Shown piece by piece: positions 1 to 13,849 of a DNA stretch of 64,000 nt (positions within the stretch are counted from its first letter, which is position 1; each line of letters begins with the position of its first letter). The notes under the pieces were generated by a model. The model searched no databases, was not told the origin of the DNA, and saw nothing but the letters and a program-made list of their open reading frames with translations. Made by a program: the position numbers and the translations under genes. The DNA is from Octopus vulgaris (taxonomy: Eukaryota), in contig OX597827.1 of the NCBI GenBank assembly GCA_951406725.2, positions 67,704,001 to 67,768,000 of the forward strand, in the 5' to 3' direction.

Positions 1-170
1 TCTCTCATGCTTTCTTTCCTTTTTCGTTATCTATTTCTTTTCTGTCCTTCTTTTCTCTATTTCCCTCTGTCTGTCTGCCCACCTGTCTCACCTTTTCGTC
101 TTGTATACCCACCAATGCATGTATACATATATATATATGTGCAGATGTATGTGTATGCAAGCTTGCAATG

Positions 171-232
<62 letters not shown>

Positions 233-679
233 ACGCGTGTGCGTATGCGTGTGTGTGTGTGCGTGTGTATGTGTGTATGTGTGCGCGCGTGTGCATGCGT
301 GCGTGCTTGCGCGTGTGTGCGTCTTTGTGTGATATGTGTGTGTATATGTGATTCTTCTATTGGCAACTCTTGTGGTAATTGTCTGCACACATGCAGAAAT
401 GCTAATGTGTTATTATATAACCGCACACATGCACACAATAGAACACAGACAAAGACACATACATATATATCCGCACACATATGTACGTATACATGCCCCA
501 AAATATACATATATATATACACATATATACATATGTATATGTGTGTGTGTGAATGGGTTTATATATAAATGTATATGCATATATATATATATATACATAA
601 ATATCTTTATAGATAGATACATACATACATATATACGATTATGTTATATGTATATCTATACATATATATATATGTATAG

Positions 680-711
<32 letters not shown>

Positions 712-1400
712 ATAAAATATATATATATATATATGCATATATATATATTTATATATATATATATGTATGTATGTATGTATGTATATGCACGTATATATCT
801 CGTACAAATACATATATCAGCCCACAACTGACCTGTGTCTCATTCACCTGCAGATTCCTATAGCTAAACAAACACAAGTCTTTCGAAGTCAGTAAGGCAT
901 TGTTACTGAGTTACAATACCAATATCCGGCCTTCTGTTTGTATCCCAGTACAACAAGCGAACTTTGTGCTGCCTTCTTTACAAATATAACTTCTTGCTCG
1001 ACGCCTTTTAAATAATAAGACTGCGATTTATTTTTTAAAATGCTGGTGTTTTTCTTATTTATCATTTTTACATTTGTATGATTTTTTTTTTAAATGTTGT
1101 TACTGGTTGTATACATTGCACTGCTACCATGTTGGAGCAAGGCGTGCATAAGTTTTGGTGGATGATGATATTAATTACAGCAATTTTATCAGTCTGATAC
1201 TTATTCGATCTGGGGTTTATTTAAGGCATAGTTAAGTTACTTGTTTAATGAAAGAGTAGTGACTCTTGTTCACCCCAACGCGGAGATCGTCACACCACGC
1301 GCCAAAATACAAACACACATGCATTTAGAGAGAGAAACGGAGAGGTGAAAGAGGGGTTAGACCCGAAATGCAACGCCATATATACATACATTATATATAC

Positions 1401-1432
<32 letters not shown>

Positions 1433-1608
1433 TATAAAATAATTAAATGAAGAAAATGTATAAAAAATTTACATAGAGATGTTTTTATTAAAGATATTCA
1501 AATTCATGATGCAAATTCCTATCCATCTATATATGTATATATATATATATATATATACATATATGTGTGTGTGTGTGTGTGTGTATACATATATATACAC
1601 ATTCATTC

Positions 1609-1639
<31 letters not shown>

Positions 1640-1701
1640 TATACATATATGTGTGTGTGTGTGTGTGAGTATACATATATATACACATTCATTTATATAT
1701 A

Positions 1702-1762
<61 letters not shown>

Positions 1763-2012
1763 GAAATATCATTATTTCTAAGTCTCTCTAAAGTAGACTA
1801 CGGTAGCGGTACTGGATATTAATAGTTATCATCAAGCTAACATGGCAGTCCAGAAAAATAGGATGAATGCTGCCGTTGATTAGCTCCAATATGGCCAGCC
1901 CCGAGGAAAAACTAAGCTAAGACCATTAGATTCCTTGGAATAAAGCAGCGAATGTAATATATATATACATATGTATATATGTGTGTATATATATGTATGT
2001 ATATGGATATCT

Positions 2013-2230
2013 GTGTATGTGTCTTTGCGTCAGTTTGTTTCCCATCACCGCTTGACAACAAGTTTTGGCGCATTAACGTCACGGTAACTTAGCGTTTCGG
2101 CAAAAAAAGACCGATGGAATAATTAATAAGCTTCCAAAAACGTCCTAGGTTCGATTTGTTCGAGTAAAACTCTCCAAAGCAGTACCCCAGCATGGCCGCA
2201 GTCAAATGACTGAAACACGTAAAAGATGAG
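2013..2230 (+). mobile_element. SINE-A, 3' half (degenerate)
   Basis: Matches the 3' part of the full copies (gcttgacaac...cagcatggccgcagtcaaatgactgaaac...aaaaga). Confidence 0.8.
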
Positions 2231-2646
2231 AGACATATATATATGTAAACACATAGCCCTACACCCACCAGAATAATGATAAAATTCAAAATGCAAAAGT
2301 CTTTGTAGAGACACAGACGAAGTGCAATAAATACCAGCAATGTAATTTTAGACAAAGACGGGTGTGTGTGGGTTTGATAGATCTATTGTAAAACATCACG
2401 GACTGGGGCGTTTTTATGGAAATCTGAGAATGGGAAACTGATTTTCATTCATTAAAAATAGTTAATGCAATGTTGACTAAAAGGTTGCGATTGCCAACTC
2501 CCATATGTATATATACATATACATACATACATAGATACATACATAGATGCATATATATCATATATATATGTATATATATATATATAGATATAGATATATA
2601 GATATATAGATATATAGATATATAGATATATACACATACATACATT

Positions 2647-2702
<56 letters not shown>

Positions 2703-2879
2703 TACATACCTATATATATATACAGGTATGTATGTATGAACGTATGTATATATAAATATTTATATATGTCTATGTATATATATATACATAAATATATACA
2801 CATATATATGATATATAATATATAAAATATGATATATATATGTATATATATATATATGCATATACATACATGTATATAT

Positions 2880-2921
<42 letters not shown>

Positions 2922-3202
2922 ATATATGTCCTTGTATATATGTGAGTATATATACATAAGTATATACGTACATGTATACATATATACAAACAGATATATG
3001 TCTGTTTGCGTATGTGTGTAAGTGAGTGAGTATGTTTATGTGTGTGTATGTGTGTATGAGAGAGAGTGTTTGTGTATTGGTATACATTTATTAACATTTA
3101 TTTAAACACGTGTATTTGCGTATGTGTTATACATTCAGACGTACTCTTGATCATGTTTACATTCTTAGATTGGTACGATAGCCAGACGAGTAGACAAGCC
3201 GT

Positions 3203-3276
<74 letters not shown>

Positions 3277-3791
3277 CATACATACATACATACATACATA
3301 CATGCATACATGCATACATGCATACATACATACATACATAGAAAGGAGGAAGATAGAGGGAGAGAGAGGTCGGGGATAGTCGGACATATATATCCATATA
3401 TTCATACGTATAGCAGTATAGTAAATGCATTGTCAAGCAACGAAAAAGTGTTGTACTTGTGTGTCCAGTGGTTTGGGGATTTTTTAACGGATTTCGTATC
3501 TGTGACACACATCGATACAACGGCTTCGTCCGCGGTTTGGTCCACTAGTCTATTAGAGTTCCCATTATTGACTAAAGGGCAATGAGTCGAAAATATCTTA
3601 GCAGCATTTCTTTTGGCTTTACGTTCCGAATTCAAATTCCAGGTTCTCGAGAATAGGGACCAGTTAAATTCGCTTTGTGTATGTGTGTATATGTATGCAT
3701 ACGTATTTGTATATGCTGTATGTGCGTATAGATACACACACATACACACATACAGACAGATATATATATATATGGATGGATAGATAGATAT

Positions 3792-3911
<120 letters not shown>

Positions 3912-4354
3912 ATGGTGTACAAGTTTGTTTATATGTGCGTGTGAATGTATGTGAGTGGGCTTATGTATACGAATGTGTGTATGATCTATAGATGTGCATG
4001 TGCGAGCGTACGTGTACGTGTGTATGTCTGTGTGCTTGTGCGCGCGCGTGTGTGTGTGTGTTTGTGTGTGTGTGTATGTGTGGTGTCTGCCTGTCTGTCT
4101 GTCGTATAAACGCGTGGGTTTGTTATAATATTCAATGCTCTATAATCACATTTCTGATATGTGAGTCGAAGAGTTTTGTGAAATCCTTGAAGCAGCCATG
4201 AAACAATGAAGGGTGGACCTCAACAAACACCCTGGGTGGAGACAAGAACTGGAGATAAGAACAAACAGAAAAACGCCATTGGAAAATACACAACAGGTGA
4301 AGTCGATAGAGTCAAAAGATGGTCTGTTGTAACATTCAAAACACGCACGGCTTT

Positions 4355-4419
<65 letters not shown>

Positions 4420-4618
4420 TGTTGTTGTTGTTGCTGCTGCTGTTGTTGCTTGTTGTTGCTGAAGACGATGATGATGATGACGATGACGATGATAACGACG
4501 TCGATGATGATGATGATGATGATGATGTCTGTTGTCCTTGATCTTGCCATCGTCGGCTTTGTCGCTGCCGTCTGCTGCTTTGCTAAAGTGTTGTGTGTGT
4601 GCACAATCTAAACTGGTT

Positions 4619-4790
4619 CTCCGTCGATTACGACGACGAAGATTCCACTTGATTCGGTCAACGAAATAGCCTACTGATTAGATTAACTTGGAAGATGCTG
4701 AGTACACTACAGTTAAGTGTACCCTTAACAGTTCTCAGGGAGATTCAACGGGACACAGAATGTCAAAAGGCTGTCTCTTTGAAACAATAG
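4619..4790 (-). mobile_element. SINE-C, 3' part (degenerate)
   Basis: Reverse complement resembles the 3' parts of 34945-35236 and 57339-57648. Confidence 0.55.
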
Positions 4791-4813
4791 TACCACTTAT
4801 TGTTGACAGCTGA

Positions 4814-4878
<65 letters not shown>

Positions 4879-4900
4879 TATAAATACATATATATGTATG

Positions 4901-4938
<38 letters not shown>

Positions 4939-4941
4939 CAT

Positions 4942-5002
<61 letters not shown>

Positions 5003-5125
5003 CAGACAGATAGATATATACCTATATACATATATATATATATTTATATATATACATATATATATATATATTTATATATATATATGTGCGCTCGCGCGTG
5101 TGTGTGTATAGACTTAGTAATGTGT

Positions 5126-5613
5126 TCAGAGATTAAAACATCTACAAAAGTCAAAATTGGTTATGCGTTCCGTAAATATATTTCCTTTATTTAATCGTTT
5201 TTGTATATAGATTATTTCCTTGCATTGGTAGATGAAGGAAACCGCGGAGTTCGGGTGAAGATAACCTGCACATCTCGCAGTCTGTTCGCTCAATGGTATT
5301 TGTCTATAGCTTGAGAAACTAATCAGTTCTTTGTGCAGTGTAGTTCTCCATCTAAGTGACATCCTTGTTTGGCCTATATAGTTGTAGGGCGGCAAACTGG
5401 CAGGATCTTTAGCACGCCGGGCGAAATGCTTAGCTGTATTTCGTCTGCCGTTATGTTCTGAGCTCAAATTCCGCCGAGGTCGATTTTGGCTTTCATCCTT
5501 TCGGGGTCGATTAAATAAATGCCAGTTACGCACTGGAGTTGATGTAATCGACTTAATCCCTTTGTATGTCCTTGTTTGTTCCCTTTATGTTTAGTCCCCT
5601 GCAGGCAATAACG

Positions 5614-5680
<67 letters not shown>

Positions 5681-6000
5681 TTTGTGTCCACGACCTGAAC
5701 AAGTTATCACGTAAGTGCAATTTTCGGATGCACAAATGAATCGCTGTCCTTGTTTGAAGTGGAATTCCGAACCTTCTAGTAGGTTATAGCTTGTTCCACA
5801 ATTTGGACGCCCGCATTTTTTCACCATTGGTTTCGTTGGTGTTGGGTATAGATTCGCATTTGTCAGAAGTCTTTTCAGTGTTATGCGTTGCATTTTACAT
5901 TTCATGAATTTGTGTGTTTGTAGAATATGGTTCATCTTGGATCCTTAGTGAGCATTGATATATTTTGAATAATAATGTTGTATGCCTCATTGTTTTTAGT
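5126..6000 (-). pseudogene. Penelope-like element fragment: Cys-rich linker plus GIY-YIG endonuclease, interrupted by SINE-B and (TA)n
   Basis: ORF 5591-5935 gives LKRLLTNA...KKCGRPNCGT...CASENCTYVITCSG. After the insertion, ORF 5126-5533 resumes NYIGQTRMSLRWRTTLH...YRQIPLSE. This is the YxIxC..C...YIGQT...L..R...H pattern of PLE GIY-YIG domains. Confidence 0.85.
5388..5620 (+). mobile_element. SINE-B, full length, inserted in the GIY-YIG motif
   Basis: ggcggc..ctggcag head, B-box-like gagctcaaattc, body ctttcatcctttcggggtcga, tail type 1. Confidence 0.85.
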
Positions 6001-6014
6001 GTTTCAATGCTCGC

Positions 6015-6178
6015 AATGAAGAGTAGATAGACAGCCAACAACTGACGAAGTGTCGTTCTTTATGTTACTTGTCCTGTTTTCCGTTTGTTTCTCTCGTTGT
6101 TTACGTATTGAACTCATTTGCTTTCATATTTCATGTTGTTTACTGTTTGGTGACGTCCTGTACCCATATATGCATGTG
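6015..6178 (+). mobile_element. Penelope pLTR-like repeat, inverted relative to the adjacent GIY-YIG fragment
   Basis: T-rich repeat (gagtagat..caactgacgaag...gtcctgtacccatatatgcatg). A related copy lies on the minus strand at about 14795-14980. Confidence 0.5.
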
Positions 6179-6184
6179 TGTGTG

Positions 6185-6223
<39 letters not shown>

Positions 6224-6583
6224 GTATATATGTGTGGGTGTATATATATATATATATGTCTGTGTGTGTGTGTGTGTATGTGTGTGTGTTTGTGTGTGTG
6301 TGTGTATACTCAATTTCTGGGGATTAATCGATATGCGGGTATTCTATTTCAGATAATAGGAAAATAACCCAATGAGTATATCTGACATTAAACTCATGGT
6401 ATCAGTTTTCACATCACGAAATATTACTTAAAGGATATAACCAAAATTTCCAGCTGGGTATATAATGTACTTCATTAATTATATCATGCTTTAGTTAATA
6501 CTTATATTTATTAAATATGAAGGAACTACACGTATTTCAGTATTGGTAGATTACAATATATATACATATATACAACTGTATAC

Positions 6584-6644
<61 letters not shown>

Positions 6645-6689
6645 CAATCGTCAGATTTACAATTATTCCAACTTAAAGATGTGTTGAAG

Positions 6690-6773
<84 letters not shown>

Positions 6774-6905
6774 GTAGCTGAGGCCTGCAATTATATCCTA
6801 TTGATTCTGTTATTATCATTTTAAAACTGTTACTAGATAACAACAGAGTTAATGATATCTTCGCAAATTATTTTTTCATGAATTATTTGCTCCGTATTGA
6901 GATTG

Positions 6906-7043
<138 letters not shown>

Positions 7044-7260
7044 TGTATGTATGTATGTATGTATGTACACTGCCATCTATATATTCGTGAACCTATTTCA
7101 CTCACAACGTATCAGTTGGTCCGGAGCTATAAGAGAAGACACATAAACATGCCAAGGTGCCGCATTGCAAGATTGAACCCACAACTAAGAGGCTGCTAAA
7201 CAAGCTTCTTATCCGATCAGTTTTGCCTGCGCCTCAACTGAAAGTAATTTAAAATGATTA

Positions 7261-7774
7261 CCGCAAATCCTCGAGTATAGTCCGCCCTTGAGAATAATAC
7301 GCAGGGGATTTTTAGGGGGCTGTGCCTCAGAAACACTTAAACCTTGTGTATAATACGTACCCTTTCTCTAACTTGGGTCAAGGAGGTCTATATAACGTCC
7401 TTGGTTTGTAAAAATGTATAGGGTGACGTCCTTTATTATTATTGTATATATAACATAATGCAAACGTGTAGCTTTTTTTGTGCATTTTGTTTGCAGAAAA
7501 TAAAGAAATAACAGCAATAACGTTTAATAAATGTTGCTAACTGCAAGTTTTGGATGATTCTTTTATGACTTTATTGCTTTCAGGCTTAACTTAAGGTATT
7601 TTCGCGCCCGACATCACAAAATGCGTCTGAATATACATTGCCGGACAGCAAATAGAGACTCGAACATTGCTTAGAAAATAATTTTCATTTTTAACCTCGT
7701 ATATAGTACGCACTAGAAATTTTGACCTTTAAATTTTGTGGGGGAAAATGCGGATTATACTCGAGGATTTACAG
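7261..7774. mobile_element. MITE, Tc1/mariner superfamily (Tc2/pogo-like termini)
   Basis: TIRs ccgcaaatcctcgagtatagtccgc / gcggattatactcgaggatttacag, TA on both sides, internal repeats of a gtataatacgc-like motif. Confidence 0.85.
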
Positions 7775-8456
7775 TATCCATCTCTCGCCAAAATAAGCAA
7801 TTTTGACCTTAAATTTTCTTCATTTTTCAAACGCATTTTTAACCCCACTTCTTTCTTTTTACTATCGTATTTCCGCCATTTTCCGTAATTGTTATACACA
7901 ATATATCTTAGTCTCGTTTCCTTGTCATTACTATTGTTGTTGTTGTTGGTTTTGCTGTTGTCTTGTTGGTGCTATTAGTTGATGCTATAATGATGTTGTA
8001 TTTATTTGTTTAAGCGTTTGTTGTCATCGTCTTTGTCAACGTCAGCGTTGATATTGCCGTGGTTGCTGCATTAGTACTCTTATACGCATTTGGGCGGTTT
8101 GCTTGCTTTGTTTTCTTTTGTTTGCTGTTTGCTATAGTTGTCATCATCGTCATCGTCATCGACATCGTTATCGTTGTTTTTTTTTCCTTTGTTTTTGGTT
8201 TTTTTTTGTCGTTTTTATTGATATTTGTGTGGGTGTGTTTGTGTACTAATGGCGGCTGGCTGCCCTGTTGTTTAACGGAAGACAACGGAAGTGTGTCGCT
8301 AGTATGACAAACACGAAAGGTCAAGTGATCCGTTATCGCACGAACAATGATAGCATTCTTTCGCTATTGCTCTAACCCCTCCACCCTCTCTTTCTCTCTC
8401 TATCTCTTTCTCTCTTCAGAAACGCAAACAGGCATATATGTATATATGTATGTATG

Positions 8457-8492
<36 letters not shown>

Positions 8493-8620
8493 GAGGGGTG
8501 AGGACAAAATTGATACATTCGTGTGTGTGTGCGCTTGTATCTATGTATCTTTGTACATGCGTGTGTGTGTAACCTTATATGTATATACATATACATACAA
8601 ACGTATATATATATATATAT

Positions 8621-8658
<38 letters not shown>

Positions 8659-9174
8659 ATATATGCACACATACACAGTGATATATATATATATATATAC
8701 ACACATATATATATATTCATATGTATATACACACACACTCACATATATGTTTATACACACAAACACACATACATACATCCACACACATATGCATATATAG
8801 GGGTGCTCCTACACTCAAAACATGGCCATATTGTTTGTTGTTCCCTCTCTGATCCAGGTTATTCTTTTTTTCATATTTCTTATGAATTCCTTCAGTTATT
8901 TGGAAACAGACATTCACCGTCTCATATTCTAAACGAAATCGTCTTGGTGTGTGTGTGTGTGTGTGTGTGGTTGTCTTGCAGAGAAAACTAGTGTAACTGC
9001 TGTTAAACATCAATGCCTGTTTTCATATTTCCAATCCTTAGATACGCTGTACCCAATCTCTTTTGCACCATGAATGGTTACATACTAGACAAATTTTCCA
9101 GGTGATCTCGCATATGATGAAACCCAATGAAGTGCATAACATAATGTAATTATTACATATATAATACATATATT

Positions 9175-9404
9175 TTGGTTTGAAATTTTGACACAAGGCT
9201 AGTAAATTTTGAGGGAGGGCGTAAATCTAATACATCGACCCCGGTGCTCATCTGGTACTTATTTTATCGATCCCCAAAGGATTGAAAGGCAAAGTCGACC
9301 TCAGCGGAATTTGAACTCAGAAGATAAAGAGGATGATTATACATATTTACTAAATATATAATATACGTTATTATATAGTACATATGTAATACATATCGAT
9401 TACT

Positions 9405-9458
<54 letters not shown>

Positions 9459-9925
9459 TGGTTTCGAATTTTGGCACAGGGTCAGTAGTTTTTGAGAGTA
9501 GCAAGCAGTGTATCATATATTTCTTTACTGCCCACAAGAGGCTAAACATAGAGGGGACAAACAAGAACAGACAAAGAGATTAAGTCGATTACATCGACCC
9601 CAGTACGGAAATGGTACTTTATTTATCGAACCCGAAAGGATGAAAGGCAATGTCGACCTCGGCGGAATTTGAACTCAGAACGTAGCGGCAGATGAAATAC
9701 CGCTAAGCATTTCGCCCGGCGCGATAACGTTTCTGCCAGCTCGCCGCCTTATAGCAGTTTATTGTATCAACCCTAGTACTCGAGTGTTACATATTTTATC
9801 GACATCGAAATGATGAAATGCAAAGTCAACCTCCTCGAAATATGAGTTCAGAACATAAACCCGGACGAAATGCCGCTTTGCAATTTATTCGGCGTGCTAA
9901 CGGTTTCTTTGAATTTAGTCCGCTT
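9175..9925 (-). mobile_element. Cluster of SINE-B copies (full copy 9518-9748 plus partial copies)
   Basis: Repeated reverse-complement body atcgacccc...gaaaggcaaagtcgacctcggcggaatttgaactcagaa. Confidence 0.85.
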
Positions 9926-10380
9926 TTATATTGTGTAGTACTTTGCGACTGACCTTTCCTCTAAATGCATGTTAAGCCAATACGAATCTGTTTCACATGT
10001 GCGGTATTTTGCGGCATAGAATGCGAAGTACTATATAGTGTGAACATTTAGTGTAAACAGTTAAACATCGTCGCCATTTTTCCAAATCGCGCCACGTTTC
10101 AACAGGAATTTCTGGTTCACTAAGATTGCCATGGTGTATAAATCGACCTATTATATTTTTCGTTGTAAATTTTCGTATGAAAACTTCGACTTGTAAGCCG
10201 TAAAATATGGTATGTGCTGAAGTCGTGAAACAACTTTACGGTCACCGGGAAGCGAGTCCTTCGGGACCCATCAAATGACAAAGTATTCGCCTTTTGATGC
10301 AGCTACCAAGACAAGGCGCAAAAGGATTTCAAGTAATACAGAACAGAATAAAATTATATAACAGTTATAAATTAACACGA

Positions 10381-10452
<72 letters not shown>

Positions 10453-10561
10453 GCTGTTGTTGTCATCTTCGTCATCGTGGTCGTCGTCGTCGTTGTTGTT
10501 GTTGTTGTTGTTGTTGTTCTTCTTCTTCTTCTTCTTCTTCTTCTTCTTCTTCTTCTTCTTC

Positions 10562-10620
<59 letters not shown>
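10381..10620. repeat. Compound trinucleotide microsatellite (ATT/GTC/GTT/CTT/ATT)
   Basis: Directly visible. Confidence 0.95.
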
Positions 10621-10624
<4 letters not shown>

Positions 10625-10890
10625 AAGTCCTATTTCTATCATGTGCTTTCACTGCACTACCAAGCGCAGTTCTGTTTGCCTTCGGTATCTGATGTAGTTT
10701 GTTTTGATGCTCTTATTTTTACTGTATTGAAAGTGTTTTACGTAGGATGTGTTGCAGTGCCTAGTAGTGCAATTTTTTGTATGTTATATATATTTGTTAG
10801 TCCTGGTGTTTTTGCCATGTATTTATCTGAATATTCTTTTATAATTCCTAATGCACCCTCAATGACAGGAATTGTTTTTAGGCTCCACAT
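10621..10890 (-). mobile_element. 3' end of an RLE-type non-LTR retrotransposon (R4/Dong-like) in a (TAA)n tract
   Basis: Translation WSLKTIPVIEGALGIIKEYSDKYMAKTPGLTNIYNIQKIALLGTA matches the typical R4-clade C-terminus (IPV.IGALG...IQK.ALLGTA.ILR). Flanked by TAA repeats. Confidence 0.75.
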
Positions 10891-10971
<81 letters not shown>

Positions 10972-10972
<1 letters not shown>

Positions 10973-11174
10973 TGGTTATTGTATGGAAAGTGTTCTGCGT
11001 AGGATGTGTGCAGTACAGAAAATTGCACTACTAGGCACTGCACACATCCTACGCGGAACACTTTCCATACAATAACCATCAGAGCATCACAACAAATCAC
11101 AGCACATACCCAAGGCACACAGAGCTGCGCTCGGTAGTGATGTGAAAGCACGCTATAAAAAATAAAACTACTGA
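10972..11174 (+). mobile_element. Second R4/Dong-like 3' end with a 5' fold-back duplication
   Basis: QKIALLGTAHILRGTLSIQ* plus the same 3' UTR as 10621-10890. 10972-11014 is the reverse complement of 11037-11079 (1 mismatch). Confidence 0.75.
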
Positions 11175-11235
11175 ATAATAATAATAATAATAAAAATATT
11201 AATAATAATAATAATAATAATTATTATTAATAATA

Positions 11236-11297
<62 letters not shown>

Positions 11298-11357
11298 TGT
11301 TGTTGTTGTAGCTGCTGCTATCATCATCATCATCATCATTATTATTATCATTATTCA

Positions 11358-11570
11358 GACGGCTACCTTAGGGGAATCGTTAGCACGTCGGATAAAATGC
11401 CGAGCGGCATTTCGTTTCTCTTTACCTTCTCAGTTCAAATTCCGCCGAGGTCGACTTTGCCTTTTCAACCTTTCGAGGTCGATGAAATAAGCACCAATTG
11501 AGCACTAAGATCGATGTAATCGACTTAACCCCTCTCCCCGAATTCGCTGGCCTTAGGCCAAAACTAAAAA
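11358..11570 (+). mobile_element. SINE-B with tail type 2
   Basis: B-box cagttcaaattccgccgaggtcgac and tail cccctctccccgaattcgctggcctt. Confidence 0.75.
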
Positions 11571-11686
11571 TCACTATTATTATCGGTTTTTTTTTGTTGC
11601 CGTTGTTGTTGCTGTTGTTGCTACTGTTGTTGCTGTTATGGATGATTGATGTTCTTTCCACTATATTTGTCATTGATTATGTATAT

Positions 11687-11725
<39 letters not shown>

Positions 11726-12197
11726 TGCTGACGTTATCAATATTTGTGTTGTTGGGCTGACATTGGCTCGTGTACGACCCGTGTCATTTAAGATGGCAAA
11801 CGGGTGTAACCAGTCGTCTGACTGTTTCATAATACCAATGTTAATGTATTAACGCATCATATATAAGTATTAGGTGTGGTAGGTCAAAGCTCAAGTTTTC
11901 GTGGAAAGATAAAACGGCTCATACAACGGTTTGATAGATCAAATATTAAACCAAAATTTGGTATACAATACAGAAATACTTGCTATTAAAAGTGGTGATA
12001 ACATTTCTCTTAATTGAGCCAGTGATCAAAGATCGGTCCCAAGTTGAAGTTATTTCACATACTTCACTCTTAATGACCATAAACCGTTATGAAAGTCACA
12101 GTTACAAATATCTTTCATTCTAGAAGATAATCGCGACGATCCCCAATCGTTTGGATACCTTTTATAGCACATATTATAGGATGTTATTATACTAGGT

Positions 12198-12481
12198 CGG
12201 TAGTTCCCAAAGTGGCCGGTACTGCCTCTCTAGGGGAGGTGAAAACATTCAAGGGGCGTTGAAGAAAAGTGGGGCTATAATGTGGAAACCAAAAGGGAGC
12301 GATGGATTTCGAAACAACTAAATAATGAGTTCATTGGTTTAAGCTTTATTTGTGAAATTAAAATGCTTTGGATTTGCTGCAGAAGTTGGTCTATGTTTAT
12401 GGTAGTGGTGTGGGGTGTGGGGTCTAAAATGCGGCCTGGGTACCAAGGAGTCGGCAGCCCGAAAATGTTTGGGAATTCCTG
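12198..12481. mobile_element. hAT-type MITE (degenerate)
   Basis: TIRs cggtagttcccaaa / tttgggaattcctg and an imperfect 8-bp TSD tactaggt / tactggat. Confidence 0.65.
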
Positions 12482-12802
12482 TACTGGATCATGTGAGATG
12501 AAGATATATATATGTGTGTGCGTGTGTGTGTGTGCGCGCGGAGCGATTGCGCTGATATGTGCGTGTGTGTATGTGTGTGTAGTACAAAGTTTTAAAACAT
12601 AAGTACTGGGGTTTTATGCATTCTACCAAAAATTCTTCAAGGGTGCTACAACATGACTGAAGGATGTAAAAGATAAAAATAAAAGATAAACACATACACG
12701 CAAACTCACACTCATACATATATATATATATATATATATAACCCTCTCTATCTCTCTTTCACACTCTCTCTCTCTATATATATATATGTATATGTATATA
12801 TA

Positions 12803-12953
12803 TACGAAGGGATTCTTTTAGTTTCCGTCTACCAAATCTACTCAAAAAAATTTGATCGGCTCAAGGCTATAGTAAAAGAAACTTACTCAAGTTGCCACGG
12901 AGTGGGACTGAACCCGGAACCATGTGGTTGGTAAGACAGCTTTTTAGCACGCC

Positions 12954-12954
<1 letters not shown>
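12803..12954 (-). mobile_element. SINE-A, 5' half
   Basis: Reverse complement of the head (gggactgaacccggaaccatgtggttggtaag). Confidence 0.8.
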
Positions 12955-13015
<61 letters not shown>

Positions 13016-13205
13016 CAGTCGGAATTGCTAGGATGATCCGGTTCTTGACTGAAGATTGAAGACCTCGAATGTCCCGTCCGTTTTTTGTATCGTCTTCTAA
13101 ATGTTTTACGTTCTTGTCCCAATTTGTATTTTTCTACATATAATATATATATATATATATATACACATACACACACATATATGTGTGTGTGTGTGTGTGT
13201 GTGAA

Positions 13206-13249
<44 letters not shown>

Positions 13250-13424
13250 AAATGCACATTGTGTACAGGAAATCACCAGCGAGTAAAACATGCGTTAACA
13301 CACGAGCGAAAAAGGACTAAATACTAAAAGAAGTTAACTCTTCATCGGTTGAGGACTGTTTATTACTCCTAACACCACGCAACCTTGACCACAGTAAGTT
13401 CTGATATATATATATATATATATA

Positions 13425-13616
13425 TACAAATATAAGAAGAACGATCACCAAAGTGGGTTCCTAATATGCTAAAGATAGACGTCAAATCGCCTTACCACGA
13501 AGAGAGAGTTCTCAAGACAAAAAAAAAGAGAAGAAACACTTCGTGGTAAGGCGATTTGACGTCTATCTTCAGCATATTAGGAATCCACTTTGTTGGTCGT
13601 TCCTCCTATATCTGTA
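13425..13616. repeat. Inverted repeat, 78-bp arms, 36-bp spacer
   Basis: 13425-13502 versus the reverse complement of 13539-13616, 7 mismatches counted by eye. Confidence 0.9.
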
Positions 13617-13679
13617 ATATAATTTTTGATCCTCGGAATATTTTATTAAATATGCTAAGCCGCTGGTTTTAATTTTAAA

Positions 13680-13849
13680 CAAGGAGAGAAACAAGGAGAG
13701 AAAAAAATATGCGTAGTGGCTACCGATCTATATGCGGTGACCCCTTCGGTCACGAATGACCATGGGATTGCACCCAGAAGGTTACTCTCCGGTCAAGGTT
13801 GTTTATGGAAGACCAGCAGTCGCCCATGCTTACCGGCCTCCCCTCTCCA
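13680..13849 (-). mobile_element. SINE-C 3' part fused to a pLTR-like repeat (inverted copy of 15718-15880)
   Basis: Near-identical reverse complement, including the junction gggtca|ccgcatatagatcggt. Confidence 0.8.

Noticed and set aside
854-891. Possible exon after ctgac...cacctgcAG
   Set aside because: The donor is ambiguous and the pyrimidine tract is modest, so support is insufficient.
4206-4358. 50-aa ORF MKGGPQQTPWVETRTGDK... in unique sequence
   Set aside because: A second frame is also open because of low T content, and there is no recognisable homology or strong splice signal.
6040-6075. CTGANGA heptamers at about 6045, 13049, 17550, 24229 (minus) and 44928 as hammerheads
   Set aside because: No stem II plus GAAA plus NUH arrangement follows them.
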